Shown here piece after piece: positions 50,510 to 61,068 of a DNA stretch of 64,000 nucleotides (within the stretch, counting starts at the first letter, position 1; the number at the start of each line of letters is the position of its first letter). A model generated the notes under the pieces. It saw only the letters and a list, made by a program, of their open reading frames with translations. It made no database searches and was not told where the DNA came from. Both the position numbers and the translations under genes were made by a program. The stretch lies in the NCBI GenBank assembly GCA_038821645.1, contig JAWBDT010000009.1:1-64000 (forward strand), given 5' to 3'. The DNA comes from Ignisphaera sp. GTDB lineage: Archaea; Thermoproteota; Thermoprotei_A; Sulfolobales; Ignisphaeraceae.

Positions 50510-51961
50510 CTATCTATTCTTTAGTAGCATTATAAGTAGAGGTATGGAGGAAGTAATTAGACACCATAATGGGGCTGGTGCACCTATAAATGGTGCTGTA
50601 AGAGCTCTAGAAGGTCCTAGCTGTATTATAGCTATAACCATTATGGTTAAACCTATAGCTAAAGATGATACAGCATACAGTAGTCCTCTTCTCTTAGGCT
50701 CTCTATATAGACCTATCAATGTTATTGGTGCTATAGGTATCAAGATTGCTGACGATGTAACTGAAAGCTCTACTATATAGGCTATTCTCTGTATAGCTAT
50801 GACACTTGCTATAGCTATCATCAGGACCATAGATATGTATGTCACCAGTATTGCTCTAGATTCACTAGCCTTTTTTGAGTAAGCTGTATAGAGATCTTTA
50901 GCAATACAGCTAGCAACCGATAGGACTATGCTGTTTGATGTAGATATAGCTGCTGCTACAATACCTACAAAAACTGTTGATGCAAGGATTGGATGTGTAT
51001 AGAGTAGAACTGTTGGTGTAACACTATCTCTAGAGCTTATCAAGATCTTCTCTAGGTGGGGAAGCGATGTAGCTACATATGATCTGAATACAAGACCCAG
51101 AAACACACAAACAATTGTGTATATGAATCCATATATCGAGAAGTATCTGACCATTCTTCTATAGGCTTTAATATCTCTAGGGATATAAAGCCTTTGAACA
51201 ACTTGGGGATTAGTTAAAGCAAAGAATATCCATGGTATAGATAGTCCCAAAAACATGTTTATAGTCCATCTAAACCCCAATATATTACCATTTGATGTAT
51301 TAGTTAGCATCACTAAAGCTCTAGATACATCGAGACCAGAATCTGGAAGCATAACCATAACAATCCATGTCACAAGAACTATGGATGTAACAATCATCCA
51401 GAGACCTTGAAAAGCATCAGAAGTCGCTACACTCCATATACCTGCAATAGCTATCCACAAGAATGTCGTTATAGCCATAAACGTAACACCAACTGTATAA
51501 TCAATTCCAAGGGCTTGAAAAATCTCACCTACACCTTTGAATTGTGCTGCTAAATAAGGTGTTAAAGCAAGTAGATATAGAATTGCTATTGCTGATGCCA
51601 GAGCCTTGGATCCATAGAGATCCCCCAACATTTCTGATGACGATACCCATCTCCTTGATCTAGCCTTCATCCATATGGTAGGTCCAACACTAACAAGTAT
51701 ACCTATTGTTGCCACAAGATATACTAGTTCAAATCCTAAAGCAGCTACACCTGTAGCAAAAGAAAGACCCACGAGACCAACCATCATGAAGGCGCTATAG
51801 GTTGTTGCAGCATATGTCATAGCTGATAGAAATCCTCCTAATCTATAGCCAGCAACAGTAAATTCTGTAAATCCTTTTCCCATAAGCTTTCTCGATGCAA
51901 AAGCTATAAGAGAACTTGTAGAAAAGAAGACTATTAAGGTAATTATGAAGAACTCCATCAT
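50510..51961 (-). CDS. Sodium:solute symporter family protein
   Basis: ATTYSAF, SDAFQG, NPQVVQR, AAAIST; ~13 TM. Confidence 0.9.
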   Translation of the reverse strand: MMEFFIITLIVFFSTSSLIAFASRKLMGKGFTEFTVAGYRLGGFLSAMTYAATTYSAFMMVGLVGLSFATGVAALGFELVYLVATIGILVSVGPTIWMKARSRRWVSSSEMLGDLYGSKALASAIAILYLLALTPYLAAQFKGVGEIFQALGIDYTVGVTFMAITTFLWIAIAGIWSVATSDAFQGLWMIVTSIVLVTWIVMVMLPDSGLDVSRALVMLTNTSNGNILGFRWTINMFLGLSIPWIFFALTNPQVVQRLYIPRDIKAYRRMVRYFSIYGFIYTIVCVFLGLVFRSYVATSLPHLEKILISSRDSVTPTVLLYTHPILASTVFVGIVAAAISTSNSIVLSVASCIAKDLYTAYSKKASESRAILVTYISMVLMIAIASVIAIQRIAYIVELSVTSSAILIPIAPITLIGLYREPKRRGLLYAVSSLAIGLTIMVIAIIQLGPSRALTAPFIGAPAPLWCLITSSIPLLIMLLKNR

Positions 51962-52155
51962 GATTCACAACCTTCTATAGCCTTAAGCCCTAGAGCTATA
52001 GCTATAATGGTTAACAGAATCCAGTAAACAAAAAGCGAAAAGCTCCACATACTAACCATAATCTCTGATATGGATGGTATAGAGGGTATGAAGAATAGTA
52101 TTGTTAGGAATACAAAAGTTAATGCATAACGTTTAAGATTCTTTATCTTAATCAC
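51958..52155 (-). CDS. Small 2-TM accessory protein of the SSS transporter
   Basis: 65 aa, two hydrophobic helices, ATGA overlap with the symporter start. Confidence 0.7.
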   Translation of the reverse strand: MIKIKNLKRYALTFVFLTILFFIPSIPSISEIMVSMWSFSLFVYWILLTIIAIALGLKAIEGCES

Positions 52156-52241
52156 CTATAAACGGTTGTTTACATACTTACCTGTTCAGCTAAGTTTAAA
52201 AAACTTAATGCAACATATAGGTTTAGCAACATATATACAGT

Positions 52242-53264
52242 ATGTGTGATACTGTGAATATAGAGACAAAGATACTAGAACTACTGTCTAGAAATCCTGA
52301 AGGTATTCCTCAATCAAATTTAGCAAAAGCCTTGGGAATATCTAAAGCCTATATCAGTATTATTCTAAGAGAACTAGAGAAACAGAGTTTGATTTATAGA
52401 GTACGTATAGGCAATACATACATAGTTAAACCAGTAATACCAAAACATTGTTTGGGTTACAATAAAGAATTAAAAGTCTTTAGAATAGGTATTGTGTGGT
52501 CTAGCGAATATCTCTTCCTAGGATATTTTGCTAAAAATCTTAGAGAAAAAGAAGACATAGAGCTTAAAGTTCATGTCTATCCAAGTGCAGTTCAAGCTGT
52601 TTTAGCTCTTATAAAAGGTGAAGTAGATGCTTCTCTAAGCCCTATGGTTACACAAATCTATGGCTATCTCCTATCTAGATCTTTCTATATAGCTGGTGGT
52701 GGAGCTAGTGGTGGAGGATATATTTACGAATTCCCAGAATCAAAAACAGATATAATCATATCTAGCGAGATATCGACAATGGATTTATGTAGATATCTTG
52801 CGCTAAAGCAGAAATATATTGGAGATGTCTCTACAAGATACTTCTCTTCTGCTCAAGAAGCTACACTATTGGCTAGAAAACGTTTAGCTAGATATGCAGT
52901 TGTATGGCATCCATTAAATACAGAGATGGAGCTTATTGGTGGTAGAAAGATGCTTGGTTGTCTTGATCTAGAGGAAATGAAGTATTGCTGTACTTTCGCT
53001 ATATCTAGATCTCTTAGCTATGAAGTTATAGAGACTATGAGCAAGATATATAGAGAATCGATAGAGATGTTCAAAAGAGATAGGGAAAGATATGTAGAGT
53101 GGTATTCAACAGTTGTTGGTATCGATACTGCTCTACTGAAGAAAGCTGTAAATGAGTATGTCTATGAACCACAGCTGGATTCTAAGTATTTCGTGAAGAT
53201 AGTTGATATACTGGGCTTCGAAATTCCGCACAAGATTCAGCTCTATAGAGCTATACATTTGTAG
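52242..53264 (+). CDS. wHTH (MarR-like) regulator fused to a solute-binding-protein-like domain
   Basis: GIPQSNLAKALGISKAYISIILRELEK; C-terminal type-2 PBP-like region; divergent from the symporter. Confidence 0.75.
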   Translation: MCDTVNIETKILELLSRNPEGIPQSNLAKALGISKAYISIILRELEKQSLIYRVRIGNTYIVKPVIPKHCLGYNKELKVFRIGIVWSSEYLFLGYFAKNLREKEDIELKVHVYPSAVQAVLALIKGEVDASLSPMVTQIYGYLLSRSFYIAGGGASGGGYIYEFPESKTDIIISSEISTMDLCRYLALKQKYIGDVSTRYFSSAQEATLLARKRLARYAVVWHPLNTEMELIGGRKMLGCLDLEEMKYCCTFAISRSLSYEVIETMSKIYRESIEMFKRDRERYVEWYSTVVGIDTALLKKAVNEYVYEPQLDSKYFVKIVDILGFEIPHKIQLYRAIHL

Positions 53265-53973
53265 ATCTCTTATACCTATTGCCGTCCCCCACTACCCAGT
53301 ATTCACCATCAACTCTTTTCTCAAGTTTGTAAACAGGCACCTCGCTTTTCACTCTCTCTAAGATTGTTGAAAGAGCCTCTATAGCCTCTTTTCTACTTCT
53401 AGCTGAAACAGCTATTACAAGTGTCTTTTGACCAGGTTTAGCATTACCGAGTCTATGAAGAATCTGTACAGAATAAAGGTCATGTCTCTTCAATTCTTCT
53501 TGAGCTATCCTCTCCAGTATCTTCGTAGCGTAGGGTTCGTAAGCTTCATATATTAGCTCCACAACTTCTTTACCATTGATTTCACCTTTAACTACACCAA
53601 TGAAAATAGCTATAGCGCCAACCTCTTTTCTAATACTATCCATTATAATGCTATCTAGTGAAACTTCTATATCACTAGAAAAGAAACCAACCTTAATATT
53701 GCTACTACCGCCAGAAGCTGGAGGAGCAATAGCTACTTCAGTACATATCTCTAGACCTTTATCTGTCTCTAGATCAGCTGGTTCACCGTTTATGAAAACT
53801 ATTGGCGATACATTCCTAAAGGTTTCTCTAAGTTTTGGATAGATTCCTGTTAGTTTCAATAGAACTTCTTTAGCGCTACACTTCTCAACATCTATTTCTA
53901 CTTCGGGAAGACCTACAATATCTCTATATAGTGAAAAGATTTTTACCTTAACTCTCAAACCGTAGTACACCAA
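53251..53973 (-). CDS. moaE: MoaD-MoaE fusion (molybdopterin synthase)
   Basis: Ubiquitin-like N-domain ending PPASGG; MoaE motifs GAIAIFIGVV, YEAY, HRLG, VKSEVPVYKLE. Confidence 0.9.
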   Translation of the reverse strand: MVYYGLRVKVKIFSLYRDIVGLPEVEIDVEKCSAKEVLLKLTGIYPKLRETFRNVSPIVFINGEPADLETDKGLEICTEVAIAPPASGGSSNIKVGFFSSDIEVSLDSIIMDSIRKEVGAIAIFIGVVKGEINGKEVVELIYEAYEPYATKILERIAQEELKRHDLYSVQILHRLGNAKPGQKTLVIAVSARSRKEAIEALSTILERVKSEVPVYKLEKRVDGEYWVVGDGNRYKRSTNV

Positions 53974-54073
53974 CTACTTCAGCATTAATCCTGTACTATG
54001 TATTTAAAAATTTTGTTTTAGAGTCTGTATCTAGATATACAATGATTTAATCAGAGGTGTAGGTAGAAAAACA

Positions 54074-54757
54074 TTGGCTAAACTAAATAGTAGAGAAACC
54101 ATCAAGAAATTAGTTAGTGTATACATATCTATAGTAGCATTCGTGGTATTCAGTATCGTTCTATATATCTACAGGACACAAATAGTGTATCTTTTGGGTA
54201 GTTTTCCAGGTCTTCTTGGATTCTTCGTTCTATCCTTTATATCGTGTCTCTCTATAGCACCAATACCCTATATACCTATAGTGTTCAAAGTAGCTAGATA
54301 TGTAGACATATTACCGATATCTATTGTTGTTGGTATGGGATCAGCATTAGGCGAAGCAGTAGCTTGGGGTATTGGGAGAGCTAGTACTCATTTTCTTTAC
54401 GATACCATCTACTTCAGGAGAATCAACACATTACTTAAATTTATTCAGAAAAGAGGATCTTGGACCATACCATTTCTAGCCTTCTTATTCTCGTTCACAT
54501 TTCTACCAGATAAGATTTTGTATCTTCCTCTAGGTATGATGAGATATAGTTTATGGAGAATACTGCCATTCACAATTCTTGGAAAAATCTTTATGGTTTA
54601 CCTAGTTAGTGTTCTTGGTAGGGTTTGGGCAACATATGTTGAAGGTTATACAAACGAAGAAATGTCTTTTCTAATTACAACAGTAGCACTCATTATTGTG
54701 ACTGTATTGATGATATATATTGATTGGGAAAAGCTACTGCAAAGATTCTCGAGATAA
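54074..54757 (+). CDS. VTT/DedA (SNARE-associated) membrane protein
   Basis: PIPY, GSALGE, LPD, PLG, GK motifs. Confidence 0.82.
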   Translation: MAKLNSRETIKKLVSVYISIVAFVVFSIVLYIYRTQIVYLLGSFPGLLGFFVLSFISCLSIAPIPYIPIVFKVARYVDILPISIVVGMGSALGEAVAWGIGRASTHFLYDTIYFRRINTLLKFIQKRGSWTIPFLAFLFSFTFLPDKILYLPLGMMRYSLWRILPFTILGKIFMVYLVSVLGRVWATYVEGYTNEEMSFLITTVALIIVTVLMIYIDWEKLLQRFSR

Positions 54758-54826
54758 ATTAGTGTTGCATAGCATAGATTCTATGGTTAATCATTTAATA
54801 ACAGCTATGTACAATATGTTCTAACT

Positions 54827-55597
54827 CTATAGATGATAGTCGTAGAGATGTATATGCTTCTCATATTCTGTAAAGCATCCGCGATATACTTTCTCTAGAA
54901 CAGAAGACTTCAATACTTCTTCTGGTTTTCCATAGATATAGCTACCTTTTGACAGAATCATTACATAATCTGTATGCTCTATAAGCATTGATGGATCATG
55001 ACATGTTGTTATAACTATCTTCTCTCTATCTCTGAGAACTTTGATTAGATTTGCTACAACTATTTTACCCTCTACATCTATAGCTGATAGAGGTTCATCC
55101 ATAACAATCATAGGTACATCCTTTACTAAAGCTCTAGCTATTAAAAGCCTCTGTCTCTGACCCCCAGAAAGTTTATGTACACCTTTATACCATAGCTCTC
55201 TAGGTATACCTATAAGCTCGAGAATCTCTTTAACCATCTTTCTTATACTTTCTCTAGCTATGTTTAATGTTTTAGCGTAAACAGTAGCTTCAAATTCTAT
55301 GAACTCCCATACAGTTATAGGAAAAACTTCACCTAGTACATAAGTAGCTATCTGAGGTACATAGCTAATGTATTTACCTGTTTTAGCTGTATTTCCTGTT
55401 ACATCCTCTCCATCGATATAAATCCTACCTTTTATCGGCTTTAAAACACCTATTAAAGTCCTTAAGAATGTTGTTTTACCAGAGCCATTTGGACCCATGA
55501 TCTGTATAAACGAAGGCGAGACTATCTCTAACTCTATATTCTCTACAAGAGGTCTTTCATAACCTATAGCAAGTTCTTCTATTCTCAATAAAACCAT
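54827..55597 (-). CDS. znuC: Zn/Mn-type metal ABC transporter ATPase
   Basis: GPNGSGKTT, YVPQ, FPITV, LSGGQRQR, DEP, His-rich C-tail. Confidence 0.88.
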   Translation of the reverse strand: MVLLRIEELAIGYERPLVENIELEIVSPSFIQIMGPNGSGKTTFLRTLIGVLKPIKGRIYIDGEDVTGNTAKTGKYISYVPQIATYVLGEVFPITVWEFIEFEATVYAKTLNIARESIRKMVKEILELIGIPRELWYKGVHKLSGGQRQRLLIARALVKDVPMIVMDEPLSAIDVEGKIVVANLIKVLRDREKIVITTCHDPSMLIEHTDYVMILSKGSYIYGKPEEVLKSSVLEKVYRGCFTEYEKHIHLYDYHL

Positions 55598-55610
55598 GTT
55601 TACTACCATA

Positions 55611-55654
55611 TGTGCACAGACAAATAAAGCTTAAAAACTTTTGTGTGCACACAA
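55611..55654. promoter_or_regulatory. Candidate operator pair in the divergent metal-ABC promoter
   Basis: TGTGCACA at 55611-55618 and 55644-55651, the latter inside the perfect palindrome TTGTGTGCACACAA; they flank an AT-rich TATA-like core. Confidence 0.55.
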
Positions 55655-55683
55655 CAAGATACTTGATGCTTAGGTGTCCAATA

Positions 55684-56664
55684 ATGCTACAGAAAATTAT
55701 AACCATATTGTTGATCTACCTAACTCTAGCAACATCTATAGCAATTATTGGAGCAACAGATACCAAAGATGGTGTAAATGTTGTTGTCACTTTCCCCTTC
55801 ATACTTAAAGATATAGAAAACATTCTATGCGATGGTGATAATGTCTATAGCCTCGTACCTCTAGGTGTTGATCCACATGAGTACCAAATTACGCCACAAG
55901 ATTTTGAAATTCTTAGTAAAGCAGACCTAATTATATCTACAGCACATACACCTTTTGAAACAAACATCAAGAAGCTTATTGATGATGGTGTATTAAAGGC
56001 TAAACTCATAGAGATACCTGGTATAGCTGGTATAAAGTTTTTAGAACATCCATCTTCAGATACAATCAATTACCATGGTCTGCTTATGGACATAAACAAC
56101 TATCTAATATTCATAGAGAATGTAACTAATACGCTATCTTTTATCAGACACGATTGTAGTGATGTCTATAGATCTAGATTTGAAGAGATTGCAAATAGAG
56201 CTAGAGATGTTAGTGTCAAGAAGTTATTAAAGAATCGTATTGCTGTAATAGATTCACCGATACTTCAATATCTTGTTACTTCTCTAGGAGCTGAGGTTAA
56301 GCATATTGTTCAAATAGAACATGAAGTACCGATAACACCAAAAGATATAGCTAGAGCTGAAGATGTGGTTAAGACATATGGTAACAAGACCATTATAGTC
56401 GTTTTAAAGGAGTCGATAGCTAGAGCGTCATTAAATGATATTGCGTATAGATATAGAGTACCATTTATTGAGCTACCTAATCCTCTTAGCTATAACTCTA
56501 CACTAGGCTACTATGAATCTGTTTTAGAGATGATTTCACAAGATATGATGTCATCAGTATCTCTAGAGAAATCAGATGTTTGGAGGAAAGAGTACCTAGT
56601 TTATGTAGCTATAGGGTTAGCTTTAATTGTGGTTATAGCGTTACTTGTGGCGAAAAAGTATTGA
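55684..56664 (+). CDS. znuA: Zn/Mn-type metal ABC substrate-binding protein with C-terminal TM anchor
   Basis: GVDPHEY, HTPFE, NYHG, EHE; ATG 7 nt after AGGTG. Confidence 0.85.
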   Translation: MLQKIITILLIYLTLATSIAIIGATDTKDGVNVVVTFPFILKDIENILCDGDNVYSLVPLGVDPHEYQITPQDFEILSKADLIISTAHTPFETNIKKLIDDGVLKAKLIEIPGIAGIKFLEHPSSDTINYHGLLMDINNYLIFIENVTNTLSFIRHDCSDVYRSRFEEIANRARDVSVKKLLKNRIAVIDSPILQYLVTSLGAEVKHIVQIEHEVPITPKDIARAEDVVKTYGNKTIIVVLKESIARASLNDIAYRYRVPFIELPNPLSYNSTLGYYESVLEMISQDMMSSVSLEKSDVWRKEYLVYVAIGLALIVVIALLVAKKY

Positions 56665-57536
56665 ATGCTCGAGTAACATACATATTTATTAGTTTTTTCA
56701 TTGTTCTTATAGCATTCTCTTTTCTATATATACCTAGAGTTGAATGGGTCTTAGCTATAATTCTTTCAGCAACTATATATGGATCTGTAAGTCCATTGAT
56801 AGCTGCTCGAAGACTATATTTCTTGGCATCTGAAGTAAGTCATATAGCTCTTTTTGCAGTAACTATCTCTGTAGCTCTTTCTAGAGAAACACCACTTAAT
56901 TCTGAGATTCTATGGGCAATAATTGTAGGTCTCGCTATAGTATATGTTGTTGGCTATGCTATACACAAAGGTTTTGATCCAGATGTGGCTACTTCTATTG
57001 TTGTTTCTGCTACTGCTTCAGGTAGTGTTGTCTCTATGTTTGTTGTTTTAACTAGATATAGAGTTGAATATAGTTTATGGAGCATAATTCTCGGAGATCC
57101 TCTACTTACGACATGGAGAGATATACAGATGCTCACGATAATAAGCCTAGTCTTACTCATTACTGCACTAGCTATATATAGAGTCACAATCTATATCGGT
57201 ATAGATAGGGATACAGTTATGCTTAGTGTTAAAAATATCTACATCTATGAATTCCTCTTCTTTACTGTACTAGGTGTAGCTTGTATAGCTCTCATGAGGA
57301 TCGTAGGCTATATAGTTGAACATATTCTTCTCCTTATTCCAGCTCTTACAGCAATCAATATTGTTGAGGGAAGTAATAGGGTTCTAGCTCTAAGCATATA
57401 CTTATCTATTGTTTCAGGACTTCTGGGACTCATACTCTCTTACTGGCTAAATATAGCTCCGGCAAGCAGTATAGGTTTTACTGCACTAATGATATATATA
57501 TTTTCGATAGTTTTAAAGAGGGTGAAGAGATTATGA
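56661..57536 (+). CDS. znuB: Zn/Mn-type metal ABC permease
   Basis: RRLYFLASEVSH, ILGDPL, VGYIVEH, IPA. Confidence 0.85.
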   Translation: MNARVTYIFISFFIVLIAFSFLYIPRVEWVLAIILSATIYGSVSPLIAARRLYFLASEVSHIALFAVTISVALSRETPLNSEILWAIIVGLAIVYVVGYAIHKGFDPDVATSIVVSATASGSVVSMFVVLTRYRVEYSLWSIILGDPLLTTWRDIQMLTIISLVLLITALAIYRVTIYIGIDRDTVMLSVKNIYIYEFLFFTVLGVACIALMRIVGYIVEHILLLIPALTAINIVEGSNRVLALSIYLSIVSGLLGLILSYWLNIAPASSIGFTALMIYIFSIVLKRVKRL

Positions 57537-57919
57537 CTAGAAAGAAACGCTTCGGAATATCTATAGATAGCTCTCTAGCTTGTGAAATAGATAGACTTGC
57601 CAAAATACTTGGTTTAGATAGATCCAAACTTATTGAAAAAGCATTAACAAATTTCGTTAATGAGTACAGCTATAGCCATACTCAAGAAAACCACTTCTGT
57701 AGAGGTATAATTATTGTAGAAACAGATGAAGGAGAAAAAATAGATAGAGCAATCGAAAGTTTTAAAGATATTGTTCTAAGCTATACACATAATCATCTAG
57801 AGAACACCTGTATATGTATGCTTATAGTTTCAGGAAACTCTGAAAGAATTAAAGATCTTCATAGAAACCTTTTATTGGTAGGTCGTGGAACTAGGTATAT
57901 ACCTATAGGCCATAGGTAG
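57533..57919 (+). CDS. NikR-like ribbon-helix-helix metalloregulator
   Basis: KRFGISID RHH strand, DRSKLI, ACT-like domain with HNH...C. Confidence 0.82.
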   Translation: MTRKKRFGISIDSSLACEIDRLAKILGLDRSKLIEKALTNFVNEYSYSHTQENHFCRGIIIVETDEGEKIDRAIESFKDIVLSYTHNHLENTCICMLIVSGNSERIKDLHRNLLLVGRGTRYIPIGHR

Positions 57920-57975
57920 CTTATTTTATAAACTCTCAAAAATATATCTTCCAACAGATTAACAGGTACTTATCT

Positions 57976-59211
57976 ATGAGCTTTAGTACCCAGCTCTGTA
58001 TTCTCTGTAGAGGAGGTAGAAATCTCTGTGGAAAAGCTTATTGCCCTGTTATCACGAGAATACGTACATTAAACATAATAGCTAATTTGAAGAGAAGCAA
58101 CGAACTTTTTGGAACAAGTCCGCCAGCTGTTTTTGTTGGTAGAATGGGTTATCCCGACATCTATGTGGGTCCTATGGCACCTACAGATTGTGGTGATACT
58201 TCTATATATGATTTTCCAGAACAATGGAGCTCACTAAAAATAGACAAGATTATCGAGATGCGGTTAAGTCTTGTTCTTGGACGAACTAAGATAGGTGTAA
58301 CAGATATAGATTCTAGGATTGCTCAAGCAATTCACGAGCTTGTTCTAAACGCTAAACCTACAGATATAGAGATGGTTTTTGAGAAACCTCCAAAAGGATT
58401 CATATTCTCGGAATATGAGCCTCCCATAGGTCCTAGAGCACCTTTAGTTAATCTCAGAATAGTAGGCTCAACTTCATCTAACCGTATAGTGGATAGATTC
58501 TATAGCGATACAGATGCCAAAGCATCTACAGCTGTTGTAGAACTCTATCGCTACGGTATACCTGTCTCATATATCCAGAAGCTGCTAAGTGTTGGTGCAT
58601 TAGGTAGGAAAAGATCTAGAAGATTTGTCCCCACTAGATGGTCTATAACAGCTGTAGATGATGCTATCTCAAGATATCTTGTGGAGAAACGCATTAAGTA
58701 CTATAGAGAGATAGACCGTATCCAGATATTTGTAAGATCAATCCATAGAAATCTCTTTATATCTCTCCTAATTCCAGGTAAATGGTGTTTCGAATGGATG
58801 GAGGCATGGTTCCCTAGATCTACATGGAATATGTTTGGAAGTGAAGTAGCTATAGAGGGTGATTATGAGCTGTTTACAGCTAATAGAGATACCTATGCAT
58901 CTATAGGTGGATGCTATTATGCAGCAAGATTAGCAACAGCAGAATATCTAGAGAAGATAGGTAGACAAGCCATAGCTGTTGTTTTAAGAGAAATATACCC
59001 TGGTTTTGATATACCTATAGGTGTTTGGTTTGTACGTGAACAGCTAAGAGCTATGTATAGAGAAGATCCTATATATGTTGATTCTCTAGAGGAATCGTTC
59101 AAGATAATTGATAAGGTTAGCAGAATAGGGGCAAACAAATGGGTAGAGAAGTCTTATATCCTTAGAAAACTTATTAAAGAGAAAAAATTGGATAGATATC
59201 TACATAGTTAA
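57976..59211 (+). CDS. nreA: Nre family PCNA-interacting DNA repair protein
   Basis: CILCRGGRNLCGKAYCP, PPAVFVGRMGYP, VPTRWSITAVD, GGCYYAARL, GVWFVRE, PIP-like EKKLDRYL tail. Confidence 0.9.
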   Translation: MSFSTQLCILCRGGRNLCGKAYCPVITRIRTLNIIANLKRSNELFGTSPPAVFVGRMGYPDIYVGPMAPTDCGDTSIYDFPEQWSSLKIDKIIEMRLSLVLGRTKIGVTDIDSRIAQAIHELVLNAKPTDIEMVFEKPPKGFIFSEYEPPIGPRAPLVNLRIVGSTSSNRIVDRFYSDTDAKASTAVVELYRYGIPVSYIQKLLSVGALGRKRSRRFVPTRWSITAVDDAISRYLVEKRIKYYREIDRIQIFVRSIHRNLFISLLIPGKWCFEWMEAWFPRSTWNMFGSEVAIEGDYELFTANRDTYASIGGCYYAARLATAEYLEKIGRQAIAVVLREIYPGFDIPIGVWFVREQLRAMYREDPIYVDSLEESFKIIDKVSRIGANKWVEKSYILRKLIKEKKLDRYLHS

Positions 59212-59215
59212 AAAA

Positions 59216-60982
59216 TTAGATCATCTTCTGTAACGTATTGATTTTGAGCTCTATATCTTTTAATGCTTCATCTATATGTTCTATAATCGCTAAAGCGTTT
59301 TCAAGATCATTGTTTCTGATCATGTTTTTCACATCATTTATCAACTCTTTTACATTCTTAATCATGTTCTCGACATCATTTATTATCCTCTCTAAGGTTG
59401 CTTTAGCTACTCTATTTCCAATTCTTTCTACTCTATTCTTGATACCATTAAATATAGCCTCTAGGCTATTGAGTTTTAATGTAAATGAATTCAGTTTTTT
59501 ATCAAGTTCGCTTCTTACTTCTTCATCAGATTTACCTCTAGCTGTATCAGAAGCCTTTAGCAGTCTGTAGATAGGCTCTAGCTGTGCTTTTGCAATAGTG
59601 ATCATAGTGTTTGCTCTTACAACCATTTGTAGAGCTTTAACCTTATTACCGTTATTGTATAGCTCAATAGCATCATCAATCATTTTTTCTGCTATTGTAA
59701 TTGTTGTATTCACTTGGTTTAGTAGTATTGGCAATATTGTAAGGAACCTACATGCTGGTGGAGGTGGATAAATAGCTATGCATACTATCTTTGATTTATT
59801 TTCTACAAATCTATACATCTCTTTAAGTTTCTCGAGATTCTCTATAGCTTTAGATAAAGTAACGTTGAATGCATTATCGATACTACGTACAGGAACTTCT
59901 CTTAATTGTCTTTCTATATCAAACTCTATCTTCTTAATTTCGGTTTTTATTCTAGCTAAACTCATTATTATCTTATTGAGCTCTACTATAGATATATTTG
60001 TTCTCTGTAATTCTTTCTCTATATCATTTAGCTTCTGAACAATAGACTCTAGTTTCTCAACAATTTCTGTAGCATTTGCTTCTAGAGCTCTTTCTAGAAG
60101 TTCATCTACCTCTTTCTTGAGTTCATATAGGCTTTTGTTTGTTCGCTCATAGATTTTCTCTAGCGTCTTGTTCACTACTTCTCTAACTTTCTCTCTATCT
60201 ATAGATGGTAACTGTATAGACATATTTGCAGATATGTTAGCCAATACTTCTTTAGCGATAGATATATGTTCTATAGCAATATCTATATGCTTAACGACTT
60301 CATCAGAAATGTTTAATGCTTCAAGTCTCTCCCTAATCTTCTTCAATACATCTACAACTTTCCTCAATTCCATGTAGGCTTTTATAACTGTTCTTTCTTC
60401 CAGTCTTTCAATTGTAGTATTTATTGCTGATACTCCATACTCCATCGATACTGCTGTAAATATCTTAAGCCTAGCCTTTTCAATAACTCTATCTAGATCT
60501 TTTAGAATCTTCATCAGCTCTACTCGATTTCTTACTCTAGATATGTTAGCCACTACCTCATCTAACGACACATTATATAGTTTCTCCATAACTCTAGCTC
60601 TAGACTCTATAGCTCTTCTAAGTCTCTCGGCATAGATATTGCCTAGATCCAGTTTCCAGGCTACTCTAATCTCATGCTCAATTCTAGCTAATATCTCTCT
60701 ACTTCTTTCTATGAATTGTTTAAGTTCTTCAACAGATAGAGAAGATACATTCACGTTTAATAGAGTCTCTATTTCAGCTACAAGATCTACAGATATGTTT
60801 AATGCTAAAGCATTTCTAAGCATAACTTGCATCGCTAAAGCTTTAGCAACTAATCTTGATGCATCATCTGCTACAGCTTCTGCATCTCCTTCTGCAAAAC
60901 TTATAGCTATTGGTGTAGCTAGTGATGCTATAACCATTGATATGACTATTATGGATAGGAGTCTTGTTTTTAGGTTCACCAT
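59216..60982 (-). CDS. Secreted all-helical coiled-coil glycoprotein with CIAIYPPPPAC loop
   Basis: Signal peptide after ATG 60982 (6 nt after GGTG); amphipathic helices; ~15 N-x-S/T sequons. Confidence 0.8.
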   Translation of the reverse strand: MVNLKTRLLSIIVISMVIASLATPIAISFAEGDAEAVADDASRLVAKALAMQVMLRNALALNISVDLVAEIETLLNVNVSSLSVEELKQFIERSREILARIEHEIRVAWKLDLGNIYAERLRRAIESRARVMEKLYNVSLDEVVANISRVRNRVELMKILKDLDRVIEKARLKIFTAVSMEYGVSAINTTIERLEERTVIKAYMELRKVVDVLKKIRERLEALNISDEVVKHIDIAIEHISIAKEVLANISANMSIQLPSIDREKVREVVNKTLEKIYERTNKSLYELKKEVDELLERALEANATEIVEKLESIVQKLNDIEKELQRTNISIVELNKIIMSLARIKTEIKKIEFDIERQLREVPVRSIDNAFNVTLSKAIENLEKLKEMYRFVENKSKIVCIAIYPPPPACRFLTILPILLNQVNTTITIAEKMIDDAIELYNNGNKVKALQMVVRANTMITIAKAQLEPIYRLLKASDTARGKSDEEVRSELDKKLNSFTLKLNSLEAIFNGIKNRVERIGNRVAKATLERIINDVENMIKNVKELINDVKNMIRNNDLENALAIIEHIDEALKDIELKINTLQKMI

Positions 60983-61068
60983 TTCGAGCACCAGAAATAG
61001 GTATATGTGTAGTAGGTTTTTTAGGTACCTCGTGGAAAGAGTCTTCATATATTTTGAATAGATTGTAG

